Source: Tubulanus polymorphus (Eukaryota > Animalia > Nemertea). Taken from it: a stretch of DNA of 64,000 nt. The translations under genes and the position numbers were made by a program. Position 1 is the stretch's first letter; each line of letters begins with the position of its first letter. Below are positions 1 through 9,096 of this stretch, one piece after another. Under the pieces are notes generated by a model that was given only the letters and a program-made list of their open reading frames with translations, had not been told where the DNA came from and did no database searches. The stretch lies in NCBI RefSeq assembly GCF_964204645.1, contig NC_134032.1, forward strand, positions 15,488,275 to 15,552,274, read 5' to 3'.

Positions 1-159
1 CAACATTAAACGAACGGTTTTGGCGGCGACGTTGGCGGCGGCGCGCGCCGACGACGATCGTGTTACGACGGCGTCGAGTCGCGCCCAATAATTGTACCAA
101 TAATACGCGTCCTCCGTCTGCTCCGCAGCGGTTACCGTCGGCGATGCAACAGACGACAT
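1..159 (-). CDS. Candidate 5' end of a nested antisense gene running off the window edge (MSSVASPTVTAAEQTEDAYYWYNYWARLDAVVTRSSSARAAANVAAKTVRLML...)
   Basis: ATG at 159-157, in-frame TAG 9 codons upstream, 53 open codons to base 1; GC/CpG-rich against AT-rich flanks. Below the ORF-track length cut-off. Product not identifiable. Confidence 0.4.
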   Translation of the reverse strand, partial: MSSVASPTVTAAEQTEDAYYWYNYWARLDAVVTRSSSARAAANVAAKTVRLML

Positions 160-519
160 CGTCAATGAATTCGTCTGCTTCGAGATCTATGTCTTGTACA
201 TCGATAATTAAAGAATGAAATATTTATTTTTAGTTTTTTAGTTAATTATTTTTTTTCATTCTAATCGATCGTTTTTTAAAAGAAAAATTTCTCCCCGACG
301 ACAGAGGGATTATTAAATTGATCGAATTCGGAATCAATTCTAGCTCCGGGCAACGGTATTGATTATCGACTACGTTTTGAGCCGTTGAAAGAAATATCGA
401 TGAAAAATCTATGAAATTTCTACGAGAAAGAATCGAACTTTTTAATTCAATGTCCAACGGAATTTATGCAAAGCTAATAGATATTTTAAAGTCGAAGATT
501 TATACATCCTTTTGAACTG

Positions 520-766
520 GGTCCAGTTCCACAACTCTGAGTTCAGATTTGACCCTGAGTTGACTCACTGAAAATGAACTGATTTTAACTCAGAGTTAAC
601 TCTAACTCACAACTGTGGAACTGGGTCCTGGAGTTTTCCGAAGTTATCAAATCATCAGGGTCCAGTTCCACAGTTCTGAGTTCAGATTTGACTCTGAGTT
701 AACTCATTGAAAATGAACTAACTTTAACTCAGAGTTAACTCTAACTCACGACTGTTGAACCGGGTC
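520..766. mobile_element. Two 108-bp MITEs, family A (520-627, 659-766), Harbinger-like
   Basis: TIR GGTCCAGTTCCACA...TGTGGAACTGGGTC; flanks CTG/CTG and CAG/CTG. Confidence 0.75.
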
Positions 767-892
767 CTGCAGCGCGTGATGGTAATAGAATAAGTCAACT
801 CTGAAATGCTAGTTATCCAGCCCCCCGCTCCCCCTCCCCAGCCCCCCACTCCCCTCTCCTGCGGAGGCGTTCACTGATTTTCTTTATTTCAG

Positions 893-1018
893 GTGTCGGT
901 AGTCAGTTCATCGCCATAGCGACCGGTATTATTGTAATGGCGTTACTCGGTATGTTTAACGTTCATCACCACGGAGGAATCAATACGGCGGCCATTGTTT
1001 TATACGCTCTTACATCGT
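893..1018 (+). CDS. TM9SF1: Transmembrane 9 superfamily member 1, internal exon ([42 protein letters not shown])
   Basis: tttatttcag acceptor and gtaagt donor; translation closely matches the recalled TM9SF1 segment [30 protein letters not shown]. Confidence 0.93.
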
Positions 1019-1038
1019 GTAAGTAGTAACTGAACCGA

Positions 1039-1224
1039 CGCCACCTGGTGGCTCGGTGATTAAACGATTAATGAGTGTATGTTTGGCTCACACAGGTATA
1101 TCGGCGCCACCTGGTGGCTCGATGATTAAACGATTAATGATTGTATGTTTTGCTCAAACAGGTATATCGGCGCCACCTGGTGGCTCGATGATTAAACGAT
1201 TAATGATTATTACAGGTATATCGG
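1039..1224 (+). repeat. 66-bp tandem triplication containing a splice acceptor and a CTCF-like motif
   Basis: cgccacctggtgg at 1039, 1105 and 1171; acag|gtatatcgg occurs three times. Confidence 0.9.
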
Positions 1225-1308
1225 GATACGTCGCTGCAAACATGTATCGGAAAATGGGAGGTGAAAACTGGGTCATCAACATCAACTTAACTTCCTGTTT
1301 ATTCGCAT
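1216..1308 (+). CDS. TM9SF1: TM9SF1 exon (CISGYVAANMYRKMGGENWVININLTSCLFA)
   Basis: tacag acceptor, gtaagt donor, phase-compatible with neighbours; matches the ISGY..Y...GGE.WV.NI.LT motif. Confidence 0.92.
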
Positions 1309-1330
1309 GTAAGTTTAATGTTACATGTTA

Positions 1331-1575
1331 CTGAACCCAGTTCCACAGTTCCAGAACCTAGTTCCACATGAACCCAGTTCCACAGTTCCAGAACCTAGTT
1401 CCACATGAACCCAGTTCCACAGTTACTGAACCCAGTTCCACAGTTCTAGAACCTACTTCCACAGTAATCACTGAAGCCAGTTCCACAGTTCCAGAACCTA
1501 GTTCCACAGTAATAACTGAGTCCAGTTCCACAGTGGATCAAGTTCCACAGATCTGATTCCAGTTCAACAGTTCTA
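1331..1575 (+). repeat. Minisatellite of MITE-A terminal motif (ccagttccacagtt)
   Basis: About ten degenerate short units. Confidence 0.85.
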
Positions 1576-1643
1576 AGAACCCTGATCTACATTTGTATCC
1601 TGGCTTTAACTTTTAGCTGATTATTGTATGTTATATTTTGTAG

Positions 1644-1754
1644 TGCCATTCTTTGTAATCTGGGCGATGTTGAATACTGTAGCTTTATCATATGGAAGCA
1701 CGCAAGCTCTACCTGTTACTACTATCATATTACTCATCTGTATATGGTTAATTA
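1644..1754 (+). CDS. TM9SF1: TM9SF1 exon (LPFFVIWAMLNTVALSYGSTQALPVTTIILLICIWLI)
   Basis: ttttgtag acceptor, gtgagt donor; GSTQALP motif of TM9SF1. Confidence 0.92.
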
Positions 1755-1785
1755 GTGAGTATCAAACCTCTCAGAAAGTAGAACC

Positions 1786-2197
1786 GTGAGACTCTGCCAC
1801 GTTCCTCCCTCGCAGGGATTTGAACCTGATGACATCGTGAGACTCTGCCACGTTCCTCCCTCGACAGGGATTCGAACCTGATGACATCGTGAGACTCTGC
1901 CACATTCCTCCCTCGACAGGGATTCGAACCTGATGACATCGTGAGACTCTGCCACGTTCCTGATGACATCGTGAGACTCTGCCACGTTCCTCCCTCGGCA
2001 GGGACTGGAACCTGATAACATCGTGAGACTCTGCCACGTTCCTCCCTCGACAGGGATTCAAACCTGATGACATCGTGAGACTCGGCCACGTTCCTCCCTC
2101 GGCAGGGATTCGAACCTGATGACATCGTGAGACTCTGCCACGTTCCTGATGACATCGTGAGACTCTGCCACGTTCCTGATGACATCGTGAGACTCTG
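1786..2197 (-). repeat. 52-bp/30-bp minisatellite carrying a Pol III B-box on minus; sister array at 27505-27750
   Basis: Unit cgtgagactctgccacgttcctccctcgacagggattcgaacctgatgacat; its reverse complement contains GGTTCGAATCCC. Confidence 0.9.
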
Positions 2198-2222
2198 TGA
2201 TGGTTGATTGTTTATATTTTAG

Positions 2223-2385
2223 TTGGTTACCCATTGACCGTTATCGGAGGTATATTCGGTAAGAATTGGGCGAGTAGTTTCGATTCTCCGTGTCGTACAA
2301 AGAATATTCCACGCGAGATTCCGTCTGTTCCGCTGTTTAAATCGGGCGTGGCTCATTGCGTCGTCGGAGGATTTTTACCATTCAG
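2223..2385 (+). CDS. TM9SF1: TM9SF1 exon ([34 protein letters not shown]...GGFLPF)
   Basis: ttttag acceptor, gtaggt donor; PCRTKNI.REIP and GGFLPF nonaspanin motifs. Confidence 0.95.
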
Positions 2386-2404
2386 GTAGGTTATAAACCT
2401 CACA

Positions 2405-3140
2405 CAGGGTGGCGCCACTGACCTGGGATACCAGGGAAAACTCTGACAAATCAGTGAAATATCCGGGAATTTTAACAAATTTTGTTTACCAAAAACCTGG
2501 AAAACTCAGGGCCCGGTTTTATTGACCGGTATTACCTTTAACCCTTTCACTGCTTGTTTATTAATACCCTATAGTGCTGAAGATAATTTGAAAATTCTGA
2601 AAAATTCCACCCTAGTGTGTTGAATAACGGGAATACCACTATAGTGCGTCTACACCACGGCGCGGTGTATCGTTAGTTACCAATATCTCACTATGTTTGA
2701 CTGGTGCTGCCATCTTTCAAGAGAGATAATTAGTAATTACTAATTAAATCAATACACCTCACTGCGGTGTACTAGCAAAATCCATCACTGATTTGTACAC
2801 CGCACTGCAGTGTAGACGCACTGAAGGGGTTAGCCCGGGGACTAACTTTATTGAAAATGAATTGAGTTAGCCCCCCGAGTTAAAGGTAATACCCGTCTAT
2901 TAAACCGCACCCAGGGAATATCAGAAAAATCGAGAAAAAGTCTAGGAAAACTCGGGCAATTTGACAAATTTTACGAAAAAAACCTGGAAAAAATCAGTGA
3001 ATTCAGATGATGCTATCGACCACATGTTTCTTTATCAGTTCACGCATAAATAAAAGATTATCAGATAACATTCTGAAATTTCACGGAAAAACCTGGGAAA
3101 ACTCAGCGAAATTGTAGATGATGATTAAGTGGTCACCCGG
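2405..3140. mobile_element. Three nested non-autonomous DNA elements: outer CAGGGTG element, MITE C (2510-2911), piggyBac-like MITE (2542-2829)
   Basis: Outer termini CAGGGTGGC/GTCACCCGG with a related copy at ~9830-10110; MITE C flanked by CAG/CAG; inner TIR CCCTTTCACTGC/GCACTGAAGGGG between TTAA and TTAG. Confidence 0.7.
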
Positions 3141-3211
3141 TCGAAGCAACTCGTACCCTTATCGGGCGTATTTAGTTTTAACGGTTATATGTATCTATTT
3201 GTCTATTTCAG

Positions 3212-3403
3212 CGCGATATCAGTCGAGTTATACTATATATTTGCTACTTTGTGGGGTCGTGAACAGTACACTCTGTACGGTATCCTACTGATCGTGTTTA
3301 TTATACTGATCAGCGTCACCGGTTGTATCTCGATAGCGCTGACCTACTTTCAATTATCATCGGAGGATTATCGATGGTGGTGGAGATCGATATTCAGTGC
3401 TGG
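3212..3403 (+). CDS. TM9SF1: TM9SF1 exon ([26 protein letters not shown]...[19 protein letters not shown])
   Basis: tttcag acceptor, gtaagt donor; EDYRWWWRS family signature. Confidence 0.96.
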
Positions 3404-3417
3404 GTAAGTCTCGAAAT

Positions 3418-3825
3418 CCCCCCCCCCTCTAAACTAAACTCTCAACTCCTCACCCTCAACTCTTTCCCTTCAACTTCCCCCTCAACTCTCCAATTCACTC
3501 TCCCATTCACTCTCCACTCTCTCCCCCTCAACTCACCCCCATCTCTCCCCTCTCAATCCTCCACTCTCTCCACAACTCTCTCCCCTCTCCACTTTCTCCC
3601 CTCTCAACTCTCCCATTCACTCTCCACTCTCTCCCCCTCAACTCTCCCCCATCTCTCCCCTCTCCTCAATCCTCCACTCTCTCCACCTCAACTCTCTCCA
3701 CTCTCTCCATCTCAACTTTTCTCCACTCTCCTCCACTCTCCACTCTCTCCCCCTCAACTCTCTCCCCTCCACTCTCCTCAGCCCTCCACTCTCTCCACTC
3801 TCTCCTCTCCTCAACTCTCTACTCT
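3418..3825 (+). repeat. CT-rich low-complexity tract
   Basis: Degenerate ctctccact/ctcaact units, almost G-free. Confidence 0.9.
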
Positions 3826-4195
3826 GTATATATATCCTAATAAGTCATCTTCAGGAATACTGATGTTGTCCTCATTATAACCATTGATGAAACACTCTCT
3901 GAGTCTGTGTTGTAAAGATGATATAAAAGAGTCCCCGAGTCTCCCTGTCCCTATGTATATTACTAGTTGCCATTGTCAAATTTATTTGATAATGACCCGT
4001 CCAGTGAGAGGCAAACAGAGGCTTCTATGTAAAACGACCTAGAACTATGAGGGGAGGGGTTGCGCGTGCTAGGCAACTTTAAATATCAATATTCCGATTC
4101 AGGTTTTTGTCTGTAAATTTTTTATTCTCGAATATAGTTACATGAAAAATTGTTAACAGAGTTAAAACGAATTAGACGCCTTGTTGACAGCAGGC

Positions 4196-4221
4196 CTATC
4201 CAAAAATCTTTTTCGAAAATT
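4196..4221 (-). CDS. Calmodulin-like gene, last exon (EFSKKIFG*)
   Basis: Strong polypyrimidine acceptor (tttttttatctttcatttcag); G|AA TTT restores YEEF; TAG at 4198-4196; minus-strand AATAAA at 4121-4126. Confidence 0.8.
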
Positions 4222-4441
4222 CTGAAATGAAAGATAAAAAAAAGAAATCCATAAATTTCTGTACTAGACATTAGTAATTAGATTCCCGATGATGCCCTGA
4301 GTCGGGCTTGCTGGGTTGGGAACTATCAACGATACATTTACTCTTGAGTGGGGCTCGCTGGGTTGATGGGCAAACTTTGATTCTACTACGATGGGTACCA
4401 GTAAAATGGGCCCAATCTATGGGTTGAACTATTTTGTAAAG

Positions 4442-5042
4442 CTGGGTTCCGGTGAGGTTTGGGGCTCAGTGAGGGTGAGGGTGAGGCCCAGTGGGTTGGG
4501 GCCAGGTGAGGTTTGGGCTCTGTGAAGGTGAGGCACAGTGGGTTGGGGCCCCGGTGAGGGTTAGGGCCCCGGTGAGGGTTGGGGCTCAGTGAGGGTGAGG
4601 GTGAGGCCCAGTGGGTTGGGGCCAGGTGAGGTTTGGGCTCTGTGAAGGTGAGGCACAGTGGGTTGGGGCCCCGGTGAGGGTTAGGGCCCCGGTAAGGGTT
4701 GGGGCCCCGGTGAGGGTTAGGGCCCCGGTAAGGGTTGGGGCCCCGGTGAGGGTGAGGGTGAGGCCCAGTGGGTTGGGGCCCCGGTGAGGGTTGGGGCCCC
4801 GGTGAGGGTTGGGGCTCAGTGAAGGTGAGGCACAGTGGGTTGGGGCCCCGGTGAGGGTTAGGGCCCCGGTAAGGGTTGGGGCCCCGGTGAGGGTTAGGGC
4901 CCCGGTAAGGGTTGGGGCCCCGGTGAGGGTGAGGGTGAGGCCCAGTGGGTTGGGGCCCCGGTGAGGGTTGGGGCCCCGGTGAGGGTTGGGGCTCAGTGAA
5001 GGTGAGGCACAGTGGGTTGGGGCCCCGGTGAGGGTTGGGGCC
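4442..5042 (+). repeat. G-rich minisatellite of TTAGGG/TGAGGG/TTGGGG hexamers
   Basis: 18-bp core GGTGAGGGTT(A/G)GGGCCCC with higher-order duplications; lies in the last calmodulin-like intron. Confidence 0.9.
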
Positions 5043-5065
5043 TGGAGATGGCGCTTCTCTCTTAC

Positions 5066-5308
5066 CTTCATAATTAACTTTACCGTCTCCGTCAATATCG
5101 GCTTCACGAATCATTTCATTGATTTCTTCATCGGTTATATTTCTTTGCAAACCAGTCATTACATGTCTCAATTCGGCGGCGCTGATAAAACCGTTGCCGT
5201 CCTTGTCGAAAACTCTGAAAGCCTCTCGGATTTCTTCCTCGCTATCGGAGTCCTTCATCTTACGGGCCATCATCGTTAAAAATTCGGGGAAATCAATTGT
5301 ACCGTTTC
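5066..5308 (-). CDS. Calmodulin-like gene, exon 4 ([52 protein letters not shown]...[11 protein letters not shown])
   Basis: tctag acceptor, gtaaga donor; 243 nt, equal to vertebrate exons 4+5 (107+136); central linker and EF-hands 3-4. Confidence 0.95.
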
Positions 5309-5528
5309 CTAGATTAGAGAAAGAAATCTGTTGTCAGAATTTTTCTTTTCTTTTCCAAAGAAAATCCCATCGATCTTTGTAACGATTTAAAATGATATGA
5401 TTCAGGGAAAAAAGGATTTTTTTTTCTAAATACAAGCATAAAGAAAAAGTGCAGTTGTTATATACATCTTAACTTTTTGACTCAAATATGTGCCAGTTTT
5501 CAAAACTGATTCCTTCCAAAATATGTCA

Positions 5529-6073
5529 GAGTTGGTGTCAAATACTGAGTAAGAGTTTGAGAAATACAGTAGACTCTGTCTCTTACTGCGGTAAAGTTGA
5601 GACCGGTAAAATTCTACCCCGAGTTGGTGTCAAATACTGAGTAAGAGTTTGTGAAATACTGTAGACTCTGTCTCTTACTGCGGTAAAGTTGAGACCGGTA
5701 AAATTCTACCCCGAGTTGATGTCAAATACTGAGTAAGAGTTTGCGAAATACAGTAGACTCTGTCTCTTACTGCGGTAAAGTTGAGACCGGTAAAATTCTA
5801 CACCGAGTTGGTGTCAAATACTGAGTAAGAGTTTGTGAAATACAGTAGACTCTGTCTCTTACTGCGGTAAAGTTGAGACCGGTAAAATTCTACCCCGAGT
5901 TTGTGTCAAATACTGAGTAAGTGTTTGTGAAATACAGTAGACTCTGTCTCTTACTGCGTTAAGTTGAGACCGGTAAAATTCTACCCCGAGTTGGTGTCAA
6001 ATACTGAGTAAGAGTTTGTGAAATACAGTAGACTCTGTCTCTTACTGCGGTAAAGTTGAGACCGGTAAAATTC
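5529..6073 (+). repeat. 92-bp tandem array (~6 copies)
   Basis: Units start at 5529, 5621, 5713, 5805...; same unit at 28858-29705 and a single copy near 60240-60322. Confidence 0.95.
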
Positions 6074-6170
6074 AAATTAAATAAGGACTACTTAGATAAA
6101 TTGTTATTGAAATTGAATATTTTAGGTTTGAAAACTTTCATGGATCAGTTAACTATAACGTTTGTCTTAC

Positions 6171-6314
6171 CCTCTGTGTCAACTTCTTTAATCATGTCCT
6201 GTAATTCGGGTTCAGTTGGATTCTGACCCAGTGACCTCATTACGGTTCCCAATTCTTTAGTCGTGATCGTTCCACTGCCATCTTTATCAAACATCAAAAA
6301 CGCTTCTTTGAATT
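6171..6314 (-). CDS. Calmodulin-like gene, exon 3 ([48 protein letters not shown])
   Basis: ttacag acceptor, gtaaga donor; 144 nt as in CALM genes; EF-hand 1 and start of EF-hand 2. Absent from the ORF track. Confidence 0.95.
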
Positions 6315-6452
6315 CTGTAAGGATATTATCAAAGTGTTTAAAAGTCGAGTTTTAGCGATCTGTCGATTTGATAATGATTTTGTACATAATTTGATTAGCT
6401 TGCGTCGCATGTGAAATTGAAGTAGGAAAAATGAAAACTTTGAGATACGAAC

Positions 6453-6483
6453 GTGTTGTTTGTTCCTCGGTAAATTTGTCAGC
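6453..6483 (-). CDS. Calmodulin-like gene, exon 2 (ADKFTEEQTT)
   Basis: gacag acceptor, gttcgt donor; 31 nt, same size as vertebrate CALM exon 2 (ADQLTEEQIA). Confidence 0.85.
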
Positions 6484-6772
6484 CTGTCAGGAAATTAGAA
6501 AAAATAAAATAGATTATATTTCAATAACTTTTTCTTGAAACTGGAACGTCGACCAGGTTTTGTGGCTTATCGCAATATAAGCCACAGGCTAAGTTTCACC
6601 AAAACGAATTTAAAAAAAAGTTCAATCAAGTTTTCAAGATCTTCTGAATAATGAAGTCATTGAATCGTTTTAAGGGTTTAAAAACTGTTTCGCCCGAAAC
6701 TGATCGTGGCCCCGCTATAACCAAACATTCGCAACAAATTTTAAAAACAGTTTTTTTTTCTCGATGACTCAC

Positions 6773-6775
6773 CAT
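6773..6775 (-). CDS. Calmodulin-like gene, coding exon 1 (ATG only)
   Basis: caatcATG|gtgagt on the minus strand; an intron directly after the initiator ATG is the classic calmodulin gene layout. Confidence 0.8.
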
Positions 6776-6857
6776 GATTGAACTGTGTCTATAGGTTGTC
6801 GTGTGTCGAACGTTAGTTAGGATTATGTCGTGTAGGTCAGGTGTACGCCTTATATCC

Positions 6858-7125
6858 ACCAGTGCTGACCAGCAGACGCCAAATCGAGGCTTTATTTGCT
6901 GCATTATTAACAATATCCGTCTCGATCTGTGCCCACAAGTTGACCCGGCCGGTCGCACCCACAAGTTAAACCCGGCCGGTCACGCTTCTATTGAGTACAT
7001 TCATTATCTATATATATCCTGTCTGTACATTATATGCTACCAGTCAATTATTCTTAGGCACAGACCAAAACTCTGTTGTTAATTATGCAGCAAAGAAAGC
7101 CTCGATTCGGCCTGTACTGGCTAGT
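6858..7125. mobile_element. Degenerate inverted-repeat element just upstream of the calmodulin-like ATG
   Basis: aatcgaggctttatttgctgcattattaacaa (~6882-6913) is the near reverse complement of ttgttaattatgcagcaaagaaagcctcgatt (~7076-7107). Confidence 0.6.
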
Positions 7126-7130
7126 GTATA

Positions 7131-7133
<3 letters not shown>

Positions 7134-7207
<74 letters not shown>
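7134..7207. repeat. (TA)n microsatellite
   Basis: Direct reading. Confidence 0.98.
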
Positions 7208-7214
<7 letters not shown>

Positions 7215-8866
7215 CAGTATTTTGCATGATTGGATTGTTAGAAGGATAAGTTTCGCGGTAGACTCGAACCCATACAGGTTCTAATCCCGCGGACTGATCA
7301 GATGCCAATGAGAATGCCGGTTTGCTAGCGTATCTCTTTAACACCCGTATTGCTCGGGTTAGTTTTACTACCAACGGGTGGCGCTGTATGTAAATTTCAC
7401 ATAAATCAACGACTTTCGGCTATTAGCGGTACTTAAAGGCCGACTTCAAGTATAAAAGGCCATCATCTGACAGGTCAACTTTTTCAGCTCAGCTGGAATC
7501 AGAAATAAGAATTTTTTTTGCCTAATTGGGTTTTACCCTCAGCTGCAGTAGAATGTGGGGGAGTAATGTAGTAATCAAGTCCTTTTTAGGAAGGCCATAG
7601 GAGACATGGGCCCGATATTACACTGCTCTGTAGATGAGGCCCTGTGTGGAAATTGAATTTGAATATGAATTTTATTTCTCAATAAATATTCAATTGCGTA
7701 CATAATTACAATATATAGCATAGACGGAATATAATTTATTGAAATTGTGCCATTTCACTAGAAATGTTGACCGTAACGCGTCGTCGTAGAGAATCAGGTC
7801 TGAATCTGACGTCCTTGCTCTAAATTCTGCTCTCTTGCTCTACATCTAACCCTAGCCGTTAAAATGAGTTACTACGCTGTTTTTTTGCCCGTCTGCTAAC
7901 CTTGAACTCTGCGCCGGGAGAAGAGGTGAATATAGATGAAATATCGCTTGTCGCTTGACAATATTTTTTGCCTGATTGACGGCTGTTTATAAAAACGAGG
8001 CATCCGACCAGGTGCGTTCTGCGAGGCGTGCGCGCGCCGGGATGAGTGGCTAAAAGTGATTAGATATATTTATGCTTTTTTAATATAAATATACCCGGCA
8101 TGAAATATAGCGAGTTACGAATATGTAACACACACGTCTGCCATTCGCTCGCGTGGCTGAATTACGAGGGTCACTATTCTCAAGGTCATTAGTAAGGCTC
8201 TCGTGCTTGTGTGTGTAGAATGATGAGATGAGCTCTTGAGAACTAATTCATCTGCACCACCTCCTCTTAGCTGCAGTTGAGTTTTACACCAAAAACCGTG
8301 TATCTGGGTCCAGAAAACTCAAATTTCTTAACTTTCTGAACTACTAATTGCCTACCCCCTTTCAGTAGCATACCGCTTTAGTGCGTCTACACCGCGGTGC
8401 GATGTATCGTGTGAAGTGTTCTACTGCATCAAATATTGATTGTAAATCAACTAGTGAGGATTTCACAATCGCTACTAACTGCCCTACCCCCTTTTAGTAG
8501 CATACCACTATAGTGCGTCTACACCGCGGTGCGATGTATCATTAGTTACTAATATTCCTCTATTTTGCTTCACCCAGACCTGGCAGTGATCACTGTCACT
8601 CTCTACGATTGTACATCAGACACTAAGGTTCTTGGTGAAGATCAGGGACGGATTCCACTCATGATTGCAGAATATAGTCAGAAAAATGTGAATGACATAT
8701 TTTCTAGAAGTACCTAAACTATAGGTCCAGAATGCCTTTAAATACAAGGCAAGAGAGGAATTTTTCTAATTTTTCTTGAGGAGGACCCCGAACCTCCCTT
8801 TAAAGAGCTTCGTCGGCGGAAGATAATTGAGCAATGATTTTTAGGATTATACTCAAATTCACCGGC

Positions 8867-9078
8867 AGGTTCTGCCCATGAAGATTCTGCGCGATCAGGA
8901 CACAGGTTCTGCCCATGAAGATTCTGCGCGATCAGGACACAGCCCATGAAGATTCTGCGCGATCAGGACACAGCCCATGAAGATTCTGCGCGATCAGGAC
9001 ACAGCCCATGCTGCGCGCCGTCTCGCAGGTTCTGCCCATACTGCTCACGTCTCACAGGTTCTGCCCATGCTGCGCGCT
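8867..9078 (+). repeat. 31-37-bp minisatellite (gcccatgaagattctgcgcgatcaggacaca)
   Basis: Four near-identical units plus degenerate ones. Confidence 0.88.
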
Positions 9079-9096
9079 GCCGCTTGTATTCGCTTG

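Noticed and set aside
1748-2185. Overlapping ORFs with repeated peptides (also 27422-27763)
   Set aside because: Translations of the 52-bp minisatellite.
5529-6073. Regular arrays (92, 76, 47, 41 bp) as CRISPR
   Set aside because: Head-to-tail units with no unique spacers, no cas genes, eukaryotic intron context.
8230-8335. Minus-strand LRGG peptide suggesting a ubiquitin-like remnant
   Set aside because: No ubiquitin-like sequence upstream; chance match.
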